This document shows, one piece after another, positions 16,697 through 29,300 of a stretch of 64,000 nucleotides of DNA. The position numbers and the translations under genes were made by a program. Origin of the DNA: Oculina patagonica (Eukaryota); contig NC_135759.1 in assembly GCF_052425735.1 (NCBI RefSeq), forward strand, positions 22,196,001-22,260,000, written 5' to 3'. Within the stretch, counting starts at the first letter, position 1, and the number at the start of each line of letters is the position of its first letter. The notes beneath the pieces are model-generated. The model was given only the letters and a program-made list of their open reading frames with translations, made no database searches and had not been told where the DNA came from.

Positions 16697-17224
16697 TAGG
16701 CATGAATAGATTGTGCCAGTAAATTCAAGAAAAGTTGCTTCACAATATACCCAAAAGTTGCTCTAAAGTTGCTTAAATATCAAAAAGTTGCCACCAAAAT
16801 TTAGAAAAGTTGCTTGCTCTAGAGTCGTTTTGTTTTAGATAAATACTCAAAACGTGTTTGTTTGTTTGTTGTCATTTCAACATTTTCATTAAATATTCTT
16901 ACAATCACTAAAAGAGGCCAAGCAGCCATTGTTATATGAGAAATATAAATACGTTTTTGTAATCAATATACTTTTTAAACTCAACATAACTTCAATAACA
17001 GATATAAAAAAGTAGAAATTTAAAAAAAGATAAAAATCCTTCGAAATGAAACGATCTTTTGTGGTTTAGATTGGTTTTATATCAATTTGTTGCTCAAAAG
17101 TTGCCAAGGAAGGGAAAAGTTGCCCTAGGTTGCTGGTACTACAAAAAGTTGCTCAAAACGCTAAAAGTTGCTCAAAACGCTAAAAGTTGCTCAAAAGTTG
17201 CCGAGCACAATCTATTTATGCCTA
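16697..17224. mobile_element. hAT-like MITE just upstream of paralog A
   Basis: TIR TAGGCATGAATAGATTGTGC / GCACAATCTATTTATGCCTA, perfect 8-bp TSD GCCTCAAG (16689-16696, 17225-17232), subterminal AAAAGTTGC repeats. Confidence 0.88.
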
Positions 17225-18652
17225 GCCTCAAGCCCGGTTACGATGCCAAGCAGAAACCTGCAAGCTTGCTGAGTCGATGCTGAGGTCTGGATTAGCCCGA
17301 AATTCCTAAAAGAAAACAGTGTATGTTGAAGAAAACATTTCTAGCTTTTCTTGCAGGTGGATTCCCCAGATCTGTGCATGATCATATGGGGAGATTTGCC
17401 AGAATTGTGAAAAATGAAAAAAAAAGTGATTTGTGACGAAGATGGGTGCGTAGGGGGTACTCTCACCCTCAAAGGAGTATCTTTTTCAGCCTGTCGGTAT
17501 AAACAAGGATAGGGATTTCATGAGTTGAGTTTACAAAAGGTTAGGGAAAACTGCCATTTAGGTATTTGGAAGTGTAGCGTTTGGCGGGTCTTAGTACGGA
17601 CAGTCCACAGGTTGGGGCTGGCTTACTAGAATTAGCCATCAATCGCTTGGAACTTCAACTCAACTAGTAGCTACGCCTAAATGTAACAGTACTTTTTCTT
17701 TACGTATGACAGAGTTCAAAAAACCTCTGATGGAACTTGGCTTGTGCGTTGACGTTTGTCCCCACTAGCATGTGAACAGGGCGAAAAGAAAGATGCGCAA
17801 GTCGAGTGCGGACTGGGGCTGGGTTCGATTGGTAAACTTTACCACAATAAGCAGCCTGTTAACAGACGAGGTCCGCGAGAGAAAAGTGTAAACAAAAGTT
17901 AAGCAAAGTTATTTATAATGTTAACAAATACTTTTAAACCTTGGTTCATCAAAGATTCAAAGTGTATTTTTAAATAAAACGATCTACAGTATTTTTAACA
18001 GTTTTATTTAATCTACGTATAACATTGAGCTGTAGTTTCGCGCGGGGTGCTCGTTTTAATCTGAAAGTCTTGCATTTAGTTTCTTCAAGTAAAAAAAAAT
18101 ACACGAACAGTAAAAATTGTTTTAGGTCGTCGCATAAAATTTACGCGTTTTGAAGTGTTTGCTATATGATGAAGCCTGTTATATTTGATAAAAACCCAAC
18201 AAACATAAAACTATACGAAAAACAAGTTTAATTTCACGATGCAATCGAAGTGCGCGATTTTGAAATCAACTTTTAACAGCGGCTTTTGAAAATTAATAAA
18301 TATATCGATATGTAAATATCAATCGCCCACGTTCCCGGCAGAAAAACTTTTTCAGATTAAGGTTTGCAATGGACTCCCAAGATCGGCTGTCACTTCACGA
18401 GAATCGAAATTCTTTAGCTTATAAACTTGATACAGATTCCATTAGATAGGAGGGAGCAATTAGACGATCAACAATCCTAGTTCAATTTTGCGATGCCATG
18501 TTAAAGATGATAACTAAAAAATAAATTAGGATCTTTAATTAGTCAGCCAAGTACTGCGACACGAAAGAAAACGCTGGTCAATACACAAGGCAACGTTTCT
18601 TCACCGAAGTGCGGTGATTAAAAGCAATATGAACCAATCAACTTCCTTGTTA

Positions 18653-21600
18653 TTAGTTGTTTTCGAAATTCACGCTCGTGTCTTCGTTTCCTTGCCAAGA
18701 GTGATTGCTCCACCAAACAGGACGGGGGAGACTGAGACTAGCCGGAAAACTGGCGGAGGGTATGGCGGGAAATAGCGTGACGTTTGGTAACCAAGGCAAC
18801 TGATAGGGACGACCGGTAGCAACATAAGTTTCAAACTGTGGACCGACAATCACAGAGCTAACTCCTGGATAGTTGAAAACGCTGTTCCACATTACTTGAG
18901 GCGGTAGGTTAGCGCTGTCAATGCTGCAATTAGAAGAAAATAAGTGTGTCACTACTTTGTCAGGGTGTGCTACCCGGGGGGGGGGGGGGTACTCCCATAA
19001 ATTTCGGATAGGAGTGTGCCGCCAAGGTTCTTAAACCCTGACCCTATTTAAGGATAAAGAAAGCGAAAATTTATACCCTTTTTAAGGCCCAAAACCGACA
19101 AATGACACCCTATTCAAGGGAAGGAGAAGCGTTCCGTGACGACCCAAATAACGGCTAACCGCGCACGGCAAGACACAAATCTTTACAAAATCGCTTTTCT
19201 AATTCCTGAACAGAAAATTCAGTTTTAAGATATCTTTTTTTCGTTTAGCTGGGAGTTTTTTTTTACCTAATAGAATTTAGGTACCCTATCTAAGGATCAC
19301 ACCGGGAACACATTGCCAAAAGGAGCAAAAATGATACCCTATTTAAGGACCGAGAACCGCAAAAACCATACCCTATCGGGCGGCACATACCTATATAGGC
19401 CACATATGGGAGTACCCCCGGCCGGGGTGTGCTACTGCCACTCTCGTCCCAAGAGGCCTCGATTCTTTCGTCCAGCCCCAAGGATCGTGACCTCTGGCTG
19501 GCCGGGGCATTCTCGTCCTACTGGAAGATGCTGCAATCCTTTGGCCGCAGCGAATTTTTTTCAGTATGAGCAGAATTCTCATTTTCGATTGTGAGCGAAT
19601 TAGATTTAAGCGTTAGACCGTAAATGGCGGACTTTCAAATCTTAGGCCGGAACCTGATTCTTGGTGCTGACCAAATGGATCGCCCCCTCTAGGGACGAGA
19701 ATATGCTACTTCTAAAATCGTGTAGCATGATGATCGACTAGCAGTTAACAAAAAATTTCAGGCCAGAGAAAGCGCATGAAGTAAAGTGACCAGTCACATA
19801 TAAAAGGCACATGCTTCTGGGAATATACTGGCTATTCTCATTCCGGTCTATGAATAACAGAGTACACGGAATATCAATTCCCAAATGAACGCATATTCTG
19901 ACAACGGAATTCTGGTGGCGGAGGTGACCTGAGCGCCTTTGTATCTGCACACGTGCGAAAAGGGGGGGGGGGGAAAGAACGCATATTCTTCCTATTCCGA
20001 GGAAACCGTTTTCCATTAATTTCGCTCTGCTTTCGGAAGCAGAATGAAGGGAATAGTATTCCGTTCATTCTGGAAACGGAATAGGTCTAAAAAGAACGCG
20101 ATCACCGTCTATTCCGAGTATTCCTATTCTGAAATAGTTCCAAAAGAATGCGCCATAACTTATTTTCTGGGCTTTTAGTAAAATTCTTTATGACTTGCTC
20201 ATCCTCACCAACTGCCGTTTTGTTAACTGTGACATTTTTATCTCATTTTAGAAAGTAAAACGTTAAAAGTACCACAGTTCCTTGATACCTTTGAGGTTGT
20301 TCCTCCTGGGTTTCGCTCGAAGATAAAGTTAAACCCGTCTCTGATTGGTTAACTGATGGTGTGACGTCTTCCGCCACAGTTCCTTGATGATTTTGAGGTT
20401 GTTTCTCCTGGGTTTCGCTCAAAGACAGAGCTAAACTCTTCTCTGATTGGTTAACTGATGGTGTGACATGTTCCGCCGGTTTCCATCCCCCTCGATGCTG
20501 ACGGAGGTTCTTTGGGCATTCACCTGGTGTGCTGTCCCGGAGACGTCTTCGAGCGTTGGCAAACCAGTTCTTAAGCTGACAACAACAAAACGTCGACAAA
20601 ATCAGGAAAATGATTGCAAATTCTGCAAATTTTGCTCCAAAATTTTCAAATCTTATTTACACCAAACCAGGAGTCCATACTTCTGACCAAACTTGTGAGT
20701 TTGAGAAGATGAATAAAACAGCCAAAAAACGAAAGAAACAAAGTGAACCCCTTGCCACACAGGCCGCGCAAAGCTGATATCAAGAAAGAACGTTATTTGG
20801 GACATCACGTTGCGTTGCGTGACGAACCATCAGCGGCCTCGTCACCAGGGTCTTCTCGGTCATTAACACTGACGACGTTCTTGAGGAAATTGGAACGATC
20901 ACATCACCGGCCCTTTCGGTGTGGTCGCGTATTGAAGACCAACTTAGCAAGGGTTCCCGTTTGCGGAAAATGAAAATCTTTATGTTCTGTTACAACTTAA
21001 TTTTATGAAATAACTTTTAATACCTGGCCCAAAGTGAGTCCATGTTGATGAGCCAACATCAGTCTCTCTGTTTTATCAGGGTATGGATTGCTTATGCGCT
21101 CCGTGAACCACTCCTGTAGGGCTTTACAGGTTGCCTTGGGGATTCCTTTCTCTTTGCGAAAACCAGAAGGGCAAATGCTTGGTGGAGGCATGAATCTACA
21201 AAGAATTAACAGGCCAAACAGGTAAAACAGGATTTGCTCAGTGCGATACTCAATCAAAATCTGGAAGTTTACCTGACCTAAGTACAGGTCTGGAAAGCTC
21301 GTATATAACTCGGTAACAACTGCGCACTGAGATCTTTTATTAAAGAGATTCTGTAATGTAGGGCTGCTTCTCATACACTAAAGCTTTTCTGAGTGGATTT
21401 ACACTGGTTGTATCATTTGAGCAAGTGCACGCAACGTTTTGACCAATCAGAGCATGTGTTATATATGTCTTTCCCAATCAAAGTATACGTTATATATCGT
21501 TGTCTCTATCGATCTCTACATTGAAACGTGCGCAACGGTGCAACGAGGAAGGGCATGCGTTTGCCTAGTTCCTGTACGGCTTTTTCCCTAGGCCTTCACG

Positions 21601-23559
21601 GTATTACTGACATCACAAATCGTTTTGGTGACGTATCAGGGACCACGTGACCATGTGATCCGAAACGAGGTGACCACGACGAAAATAGAGGCCTAGGAAC
21701 TAGGCAAGGCATGCGTAACATTCTTGATATTGTGAACTGTTCGTTTTATTATTCGAGCTCAATTTCTCGTACTCTCAATATCTCGAACCTCCCGATAACT
21801 GGAACCAAAAGTTGTTTCCCATGAATAGTCGAACGCTGTAATCTTACGCCCGATTTTTTCGTTTCCTTTGGAGGTTCAAGGAATCGAATTTTCTGCGACC
21901 CCACTCTATTATGTTGTCATATCCTTAATCAATTTTTCAAGAAAGAACAAGCAACATCTCGCGAAATTTATACGAAACATTGTTCGGTTGTCTGAAACTA
22001 CAGGATCCCTATTGACGGACTGATTATTTTTTTCCGTCTGGGTAAAAAAAATTGAAATCTGATAAATTTTAAAACGAGATCTTATCAGCCAGTTTTACAT
22101 TGCTAACATATACTTGGGTTTACTATTGACGCTATACCAAAACTGTTAAAGAAGATCCACAAAATCAGCGATAACTTCCGGTACAGTCAAACATGTCAGT
22201 GTATTCTGCCTAAACTTGCTGGAATTTTTTGGTTCTTGTACATAGTTGTTGTTGTTGTTTTTTGTCGCAAAGCGGCAGCCTGATCAAAAGTTATCATATG
22301 GTTGATAGACCGTTTGTTCCAGTCAAGGAGGATTCAAATACACAACCTGTTTGGAAAATTTTCGTGATTCTGTATTTGTTGTACGTTTGAGATTAACAGT
22401 AATTCGATTTCGAAGTCAGTGCAGCAGTACTATCTCGGTAGATACAAGCAGTGTTTGGCAAGACGACCCTTCTTTTTGCAGAAAGGCTGTCTAAACTGAA
22501 CTGAATATGTTTTAGAGCGGAGAAACAGCCAAAGAAACTCACTGGAAACTAAGTGATGAACTACTCGGCGTTTTGGAATCAGCAACATTGATCAGAATTA
22601 GATAAACTATACAAATATTCTTCACTTTTGACATGAAACATACATCACACCCATCAAACAAACATTGCCGTGAAGGATTCCAACATAATTGGTACCGGTT
22701 ACAATTAATGTAAACTCCAATAAATTCCTTCTAACCAACTTGCTGTAACTGGCTCGTGTGTATAAACGTTCACAATTACCCCCTAGTACACGTAAACTCC
22801 CATGAAATAGATCTCCGAAACGGACGAGGCGAAACACGGTTGAAAGTTACACAAATTGTTTATTGAACTATTTATTTTCGGTGTTTTATTTCTGCAGAGT
22901 AAATGGGAAAGAAATAACCGAATCAAAAACGTCGATTTCTAGCATCAATAGATTATGACATCATCTAGATTATGGCATCAATTTTAGAGTTTATTCTAAG
23001 TTCTCTGCTTAAACTTAACTAGATTGAGATTTTAATACTGATAAGTGCGTTTACCAACTTTTATACAGTAATATAAACTAGATGTCATCAACAAACCTTT
23101 GTCTCAAGCGATGTCTTTGCACTGCAGTTCTGGCCTTAGCTTCATAAACATGAGCCTGATCCCATATCAAAATAAGATCTTCACCGTTTGAGAATTTACC
23201 CTCCTAGATAAGATAACAAGTTAAAACAGAAATGAGCAACTTTCGAAGAAACGAACAACCGTTCGAGATTTGAAACATGCAGTGAAACTTGCGTTTGAAA
23301 TAAAAACTTCACATAAAACAGTCATCAATCACGATTTTACCTCTATAAGCTTGTAAACCGTTTGCACGTCTTTTTTGTGCCAGGCAAGAGCTATTTTTGC
23401 CCGAGTGATCTCTTCATTATCCTGATATTCGGGGGTGTTGGGGAGACGGTTCAGCAAATTCTCGACATCAGCAAATTTGTTGCAATGAACAAGATGTGAC
23501 ACACGCGAGTTGACGGTTGTAACATCGGGCATACTGGTTAGAAGCCGTGTCCGCTTCAT
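18653..23559 (-). CDS. Homeobox transcription factor with SIX-type N-terminal domain and TALE-type homeodomain (ANHX-like), about 351 aa
   Basis: Exons 23341-23559, 23097-23203, 21024-21195, 20289-20575, 18653-18923 total 1056 nt, GT-AG, phases 0/2/0/2. SIX-domain-like NEEITRAKIALAWHKKDVQTVYKLIEEGKFSNGEDLILIWDQAHVYEA...AVQRHRLRQRFMPPPSI; homeodomain LQEWFTERISNPYPDKTERLMLAHQHGLTLGQLKNWFANARRRLR. The last exon is the least certain. Confidence 0.87.
18973..19426. mobile_element. Poly-G-ended non-autonomous DNA transposon, 8-bp TSD
   Basis: CCCGG(G)nTACTCCCATA ... TATGGGAGTACCCCCGGCCGGG flanked by GTGTGCTA on both sides. Confidence 0.8.
20273..20467 (-). repeat. 102-bp (34-codon) tandem duplication in homeobox exon 4
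   Basis: HVTPSVNQSEKSLALSLSETQEKQPQNHQGTV and DVTPSVNQSETGLTLSSSETQEEQPQ; GTGAC anchors at 20463 and 20361. Confidence 0.9.
21561..21707. mobile_element. MITE with 9-bp TSD (Mutator-like)
   Basis: TIR TTGCCTAGTTCCT / AGGAACTAGGCAA with GGCATGCGT duplicated on both sides. Confidence 0.8.
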
Positions 23560-23917
23560 GTTTTTACAATATTATAATGGAGCTTTTCAAGACTTTACAG
23601 ACCACTTAACTAACACGATGGAAAAATGGCGCCAGACTGTCTACAATTGCGTGCTAAAGTTGAGTCGTGAGAACGGAGACTCTCGATTGGCTAATATTAA
23701 TAAGTCACGTCACTTTGACGAGTATCAAATTTACAGAAGACCCATTACGTGTGTGGTATTTTGCTTAAAATTGTCAAAACTGATAGGTAGGTCAGTTCAT
23801 AGAACCTTATTATAGCAAATTAACGCTCAGTGAAATTAACGCGAACTTTAAAAATTCGCGTTAATTTTTGTGGTTATTTTGTTTTTTTTTTTTTTTTTTT
23901 TTTTTTTTTCTACCAAA

Positions 23918-24410
23918 GAGCTGCGCCAGCGGGGATTTTGATCCCTGGCAGATCTAACCATGCTGGATTGGTCGAGGGGTAGGGTAGAGGCCAGACGCAG
24001 AACAGCCTCTGGTCCTCCAGGTTGGGGTATGGGCGGCGGGCCGTTTACCCCCCGATAACCCGCTCCCGGAAAACGAAACATATTACAGAAACCAAACCAA
24101 AAATTACCACTGCGCCCTACCCCCCTAGGGGTACAAGATGTTAACACCCGGTTAGAGCAACGTGCGAAGCAAACGATGACGCATTTATCGCCGACGAAAT
24201 TGCTAACGCCAAACGCGTGTGTTAAGATCGGGCAATGGAATGTAAAGCGAAAGAGAGGGAGACCCCAGAACAAGAGGAGACGCACGAGAATGGCAGAGTT
24301 GGAGGGGAATCACCCTACGTAGAATAAGGCAATGGGCACTGCACAAAATAGGGTTAGGTGGCGCGCGCTAGTTGAGGACCTTTGTTCCACTTAGGAACGA
24401 AAAAGATTAA
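23918..24410 (+). mobile_element. Internally deleted RTE-clade non-LTR retroelement
   Basis: GC-rich RTE-like 5' UTR, then from ATG 24176 MTHLSPTKLLTPNACVKIGQWNV (APE endonuclease start) joined in frame to KRKRGRPQNKRRRT...AQNRVRWRALVEDLC (RTE ORF C-terminus, with a stop). Confidence 0.75.
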
Positions 24411-24549
24411 GACGGAAACCACTAGGAAGTCGAGTAATATTTATTAAAGTTGGACAAAAATCAATTTCCAGAATAATTTAAATCCTATTGCGTTATTTCC
24501 TACCCTTAATAGAAGGTAAAGATGTAAGTAATTATCCGTGATAACACCA

Positions 24550-24935
24550 ACAACAATTTCTTATCAGAGTCTGAGAAAATGAATTTCAAAGTTCACAAGG
24601 TATGGGCAAAATCTCAGTGTAGCTTAATTCGTCTTAAGGTAGTGAAAGTGGACTCCAAATTTTTTCGATTGTGTTTTTAGAAAAGATTTCTTTGATAAGA
24701 TATTTGAAGAGTAAAAAAAAGTTTCAATAAGGTGGAAATAATTTGGTCAACAATTTCTTATCAGAGTCTGAGAAAATGATATTTAAAGTTCACCATGGCA
24801 GCTACATTTTTAAGAGATTCAGTGGAACAGCGGAACTTCAAAATGTGTTTTCGAGTGTGTGTTGTTAGAAAAGATTTCTTTCGATAAGATATTTGAAGCA
24901 GTAACACAAAAGCTTGCAATTAGGTGTAAATAGTC
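24550..24935. repeat. Degenerate local tandem duplication (period about 190-200 bp)
   Basis: CAACAATTTCTTATCAGAGTCTGAGAAAATGA and TTAGAAAAGATTTCTTT(C)GATAAGATATTTGAAG each occur twice. Confidence 0.75.
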
Positions 24936-25014
24936 TTGGTACATAATTTTGTCCAATAACTACTCGAAGTCCTGGCGGATTTCCTCTTAAGTAAGTTTTC
25001 CTCCAACTCGCGAT

Positions 25015-25258
25015 GTAATTACTTCGGCCAATCACAAAAGACACGGACAACCCAGTGAACCAATCAAAACTCGAAGCAAATACATGTAGCCAGCGCAAAG
25101 CGCGGGAAAACGTGCGCGAGCGAGTCACGATTGGTTTTGGTTTTAGTTCTGATTGGCTGCGAAAGTGGCGCGAGATTTTTAAGCCAATCACTGAGCGTAG
25201 TAATTCAAAACCAAAGCAAACGCAATTTACTTTCGACACTCAAGTGAAAACCACTGTA
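25015..25258. mobile_element. Palindromic MITE-like repeat (related copy at about 57000-57264)
   Basis: CCAATCA / TGATTGG-rich inverted structure ending GACACTCAAGTGAAAACCACTGTA. Confidence 0.6.
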
Positions 25259-26346
25259 ATTTCAAATACCTTAATTACAACGAGCGTTAATTTCCTACAA
25301 GGTATTTTCACAGTGGCCATCCAGGTGGACACTGAAATGTTTGCAATCCACACCTCGGAAGTCCCCCTTCTCTTCGCTCTTCGTTGGTGAGGAGGAGGGG
25401 GGGGGGGGGGGGAGCTAAAACATTTTGAATTGGATTTGGACCCATGACCTTTAGTGCGCATGTCACTTCCTCTCGCAGAGGTCACGGGTTCAAATCCCGT
25501 TCAAGCTGGATTTTTTTCAAGCTTTCTTTTCGCAACTGCCTTAGTTGCGTGCATAACTGTAATGGTCATTCGTTGATCGAATTTGAAATTACAAATAAAT
25601 TAATAAGCGGGGAAGGAGGAGGTAAAACCAGAGTATAAAAAAAGCATCCATTTGGCGCGAAAATATGCACTGATATCTGTACGTGGACATTATCTGTTCA
25701 ATATTAATATCAAAGGAAAAAATAACCCTGTATATTTTTGAAGCCAAATGGAGGCTATTGTTTTTATTATCCTTCAAATCTTTTTATACAAGGCCGCTTA
25801 CTTTGGGAGACCTTCTCTGACAGCTTTAAACATTACAAAAAATTCTGTTGGCGCGTTAAAATATTGTTAGACTGTTGATAATGTTTCGTTCTTTTCAATT
25901 TAACAATTTTCTCGGGCTGAAAACTGAACGCGCGAACATGAATCCCAAAGTTTGAAAACTGGGGAATATCACTTGGGAAATATCACTCGGATATTCCCCA
26001 ATTTTATGAGTCGGGACATACTGTGTCACGTGAAGCTTTTTAACCAATTGCGCGGGCGAAAATATTTGATGGGTTATAATCACAGTTGTTGAACCAATAG
26101 CTCACCCCAGGTCTCTCGGCTAAGGAGAATCACGTGATTTTTGGTACACTCCCTGACCCTTCGTCTTTGCACGAAGTTCTTAACCACACGTACACAGCAT
26201 TCATATCAAGTCAGCAGTTCATTATATTTATTCATCATTAAAGAAAATATCTCGCCAGGTAATAAAATAAACATTAAACAAAGCATCATCTTGATAAGTT
26301 ACGGAGTTCTTTCTGCGAAGCAGCTTAAAATATAACACTGTTTCTA

Positions 26347-29300
26347 CTAAGCTCTTTTCTTGCTCGTCCTAAGTGATAAAGACGCGCCAGTAAAGAGTCT
26401 TGCTAAACCAAATATTGGAAGCAAGAAGATAATAAAAGCCATCATGATAACATAATGACTGATGCTTGTTCCGATATCCAGCCAGCTACCGCTATCCTGC
26501 ACGAGGTAAAAGAAATGCAGTCCCATAAGATCCGTCATGGCAAGAACGACCAACACTAGGCTTTGAACTGGGATCGATAAAACTACGTGTATAGCGTCGA
26601 ACGCGCACGCTACAATCACAAACGGAATGAGGACTTTACAAAGCAGTAAAGCGCCCATGACAAATGGTGAAAATACTGTTAAGAAGCAGTAAACGGACGC
26701 AGGGTCAAAACTGTTAATGCTTGCAATGTTTCCTGTTCCGAAGAACGCCACCACGATGAAGAACACGAAGAAATATGCGCAACGAAGGTCTTCTAAAGTG
26801 AGCTTTCTAATGAGCGGGGTGTCGATGCCTTTTGTGAGAACCTTCCAAGCCGGCTGGTGGGTTGTCGTGGCATCTTCGTTGCTAAGTTGCGTTTCTAACA
26901 GTGCATTGAGTGTTTTTCCAGATAGTTTATGTTCAGATAACAGCCACGCACCCATCAGCAGTGAGAGAACTAAGAGAAACAGACCCTCATAAGCAGTACT
27001 CATCAGCAAATACACCGAGGAAAATGCGATGGCAATGCTTGACAGCCTGATGGTTAAATTACTAGAGTTGATTAGCGGAAGCAAAAACGACGAGAGGAAA
27101 ATTGTCCAACTTCCAAGTTGGTTCACCACTGGAAGACCAAGTTTACGCTGCAGACTTGATGCAGTGCTGTTTACAATATAAACCGCGAAGCCCGTAAGTA
27201 GCGCTTGAGGAAGCAGTATTTTACATGATTTTGTTATTTCCGTCTTGAGCAGTTGTGAAATATTAGAGGCATAAAGCAGCAAAGATGCAAAAGCAAGCAA
27301 CGTTAAAACTCCTGCAGCGGTCACTAAGAAGTAGTTCGCCTCGCGTCCGACCACGGGAAGAACAGGAAATACAGAGAGAGCGAAGCTAAGAACCATCCAA
27401 CACACCACCGTCCATTTGCAGTTTGTGTACAGTGGAGTGCTGAACGGCCACAAAGCAAGGCACAAAAGACCAACAGACAGAATCTCTCGCCTGAAGAAGC
27501 TCATCACAAGAATCTCTAACGAAAATACACCAAACAAGACCGTAAATAACACTCGACGTTGCAACTGCTTTGCACGGATATAGTCCAACACGGCACGAAT
27601 CACGTGAAGTCTCTTCGCAATGCGGTTCCAAAACACCAACGGCATCAAGCAGTAACTGTAATACATCCACGGTGCTTTCTGAATCAATAACAAAAGAACA
27701 AAAAGAAAAGCGAAGGCACAAGATGTAGTGTCTATTAATGAAGCCTTTACCAAGGGATTGAAGCCTCTTTTGCTGAGTTTAGACGCCTCTTTCATAACGT
27801 CGCTGTGCTCTTCAATAATCTGAAGCACAATACAAAATACCCATCCAAGAAAGCCAAGAGTAACCACTAGATTCAAGAACACTCTGTCATAGTTTTGATA
27901 GTAATTGAGTCCTTGTAACGCAAGGTTTATTAGATCTCTGCTGAGGCTGTCTGCTTCTTTATACTTCTTGGCTCGCATGAACTCCTTGATGTCACGAATC
28001 ATTCCTGTTTTCTTTGCACCTAAAGAGTAAACAACAGAAAAACAACGGAAAATTGTCTTAGTTTTGACCACTTTACAGGGCTGACTCACAACAATCATTC
28101 CTTTTATTTTCCTTTGCTGTTCGTTTATTTTGCTTGTTCCACCATTCTCTGTAAACTGCTTAATATAATGCAGTCTGGTCTAAGTCCCCCGCAAAGTGTT
28201 GTAAAGCGCATTAAGCGTGTGGATTTGCGCCACATAAATACCGTTATTATTATTAATTTTTTTAATATGAGGGGAGTCTAGAGCAGACTAGAAGTGGGAA
28301 CTACTGTTTTAAGTAACCTTCCCACCCCCCACCTCTCCGCTGAGGCTCCCCTGAGGAGCAGAGAGATCGAAATCGGAGAAAGAGCAAATATGGGAAGAAG
28401 ATCCCTTGCGCAATTGCTTTTTCTCCCTCCCCAGCCTCCACGGGCTTTATATTTCTCTCTCCCCAATCTCCCTACAATTTAATCTTGAAAGTACGCTTAC
28501 AAAGAAAACTCTCCTCCATGTATCCCGGTTGGGGGGGGGGGAGGGGGTACTCAAAAAAGTTTTATACGGGGAGGCTCTGCCCCGAGGTCCAGCCCCATAC
28601 CATTTTCTATACCATTTTAACAGAAAAGGCACTTCTTTCATATACATTTTATTGAAAAAAAGGTACCCCTTTCATATACCTACATGATACGACATACATG
28701 TATACTTAAAACAGGACGTTTTCTTGACATTTTTATGTAGCGCTTAAAAAATTAACACGATAGAGCCATAAGTTGCGTCTGTTCGAAATCTTTAATCTAA
28801 AGGCCCCTTAAAATATCTTCATGACAGAATTTCCTACCCTTTCATATACCTAAACTTGTGAAATTCCTACCCTTTTATATACCTTATTACATGAAATTTT
28901 CGCGACACGTTAATTTCGCGATTTTGAGGTGTGCATATTTCGCGACACTTAAATTGCGCGATTTTGCGACAATTTTGATTTTGAATCACTTAAATTTCGC
29001 GTTTTTGGGTAAGACACAATTTACATTTCCTTGGCAATATTAATTAACATGCCCTTGAATTAAATAAAACGACTTCATCAATGGAACAATAACGTCAAAA
29101 TAAACAAAAACGTAAGGGCGTGACTAAATCTCGGCAATAGCAACAACAGAGCAGTTCTCACAATGTCTACATGTAGGTCATGCTTAATGCATGCTTGTAC
29201 GTGCATGAGTTATTGTTCTTGAGTCATTGATGACAACATCCATTTACATTGAAAATTCCTCCCTTCAGTGGTACTAAACACCTCCCACCAATGTGGCCCT

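Noticed and set aside
16597-16743. 49-residue N-terminal extension in the supplied 404-aa ORF
   Set aside because: It starts at a non-ATG codon inside the hAT-like MITE and is absent from paralog B; the ATG at 16596 aligns with the paralog start.
20540-21195. Calling the homeobox gene a plain Iroquois/Mohawk or SIX ortholog
   Set aside because: It lacks the IRO box and the conserved Irx/Mkx helix-1 sequence, and it lacks the SIX Lys50 WFKNRRQR and WDGE linker; no gene symbol assigned.
23848-24285. 145-aa minus-strand ORF ending in poly-Lys as an upstream homeobox exon
   Set aside because: It is the antisense of the RTE-derived element plus a poly-T tract.
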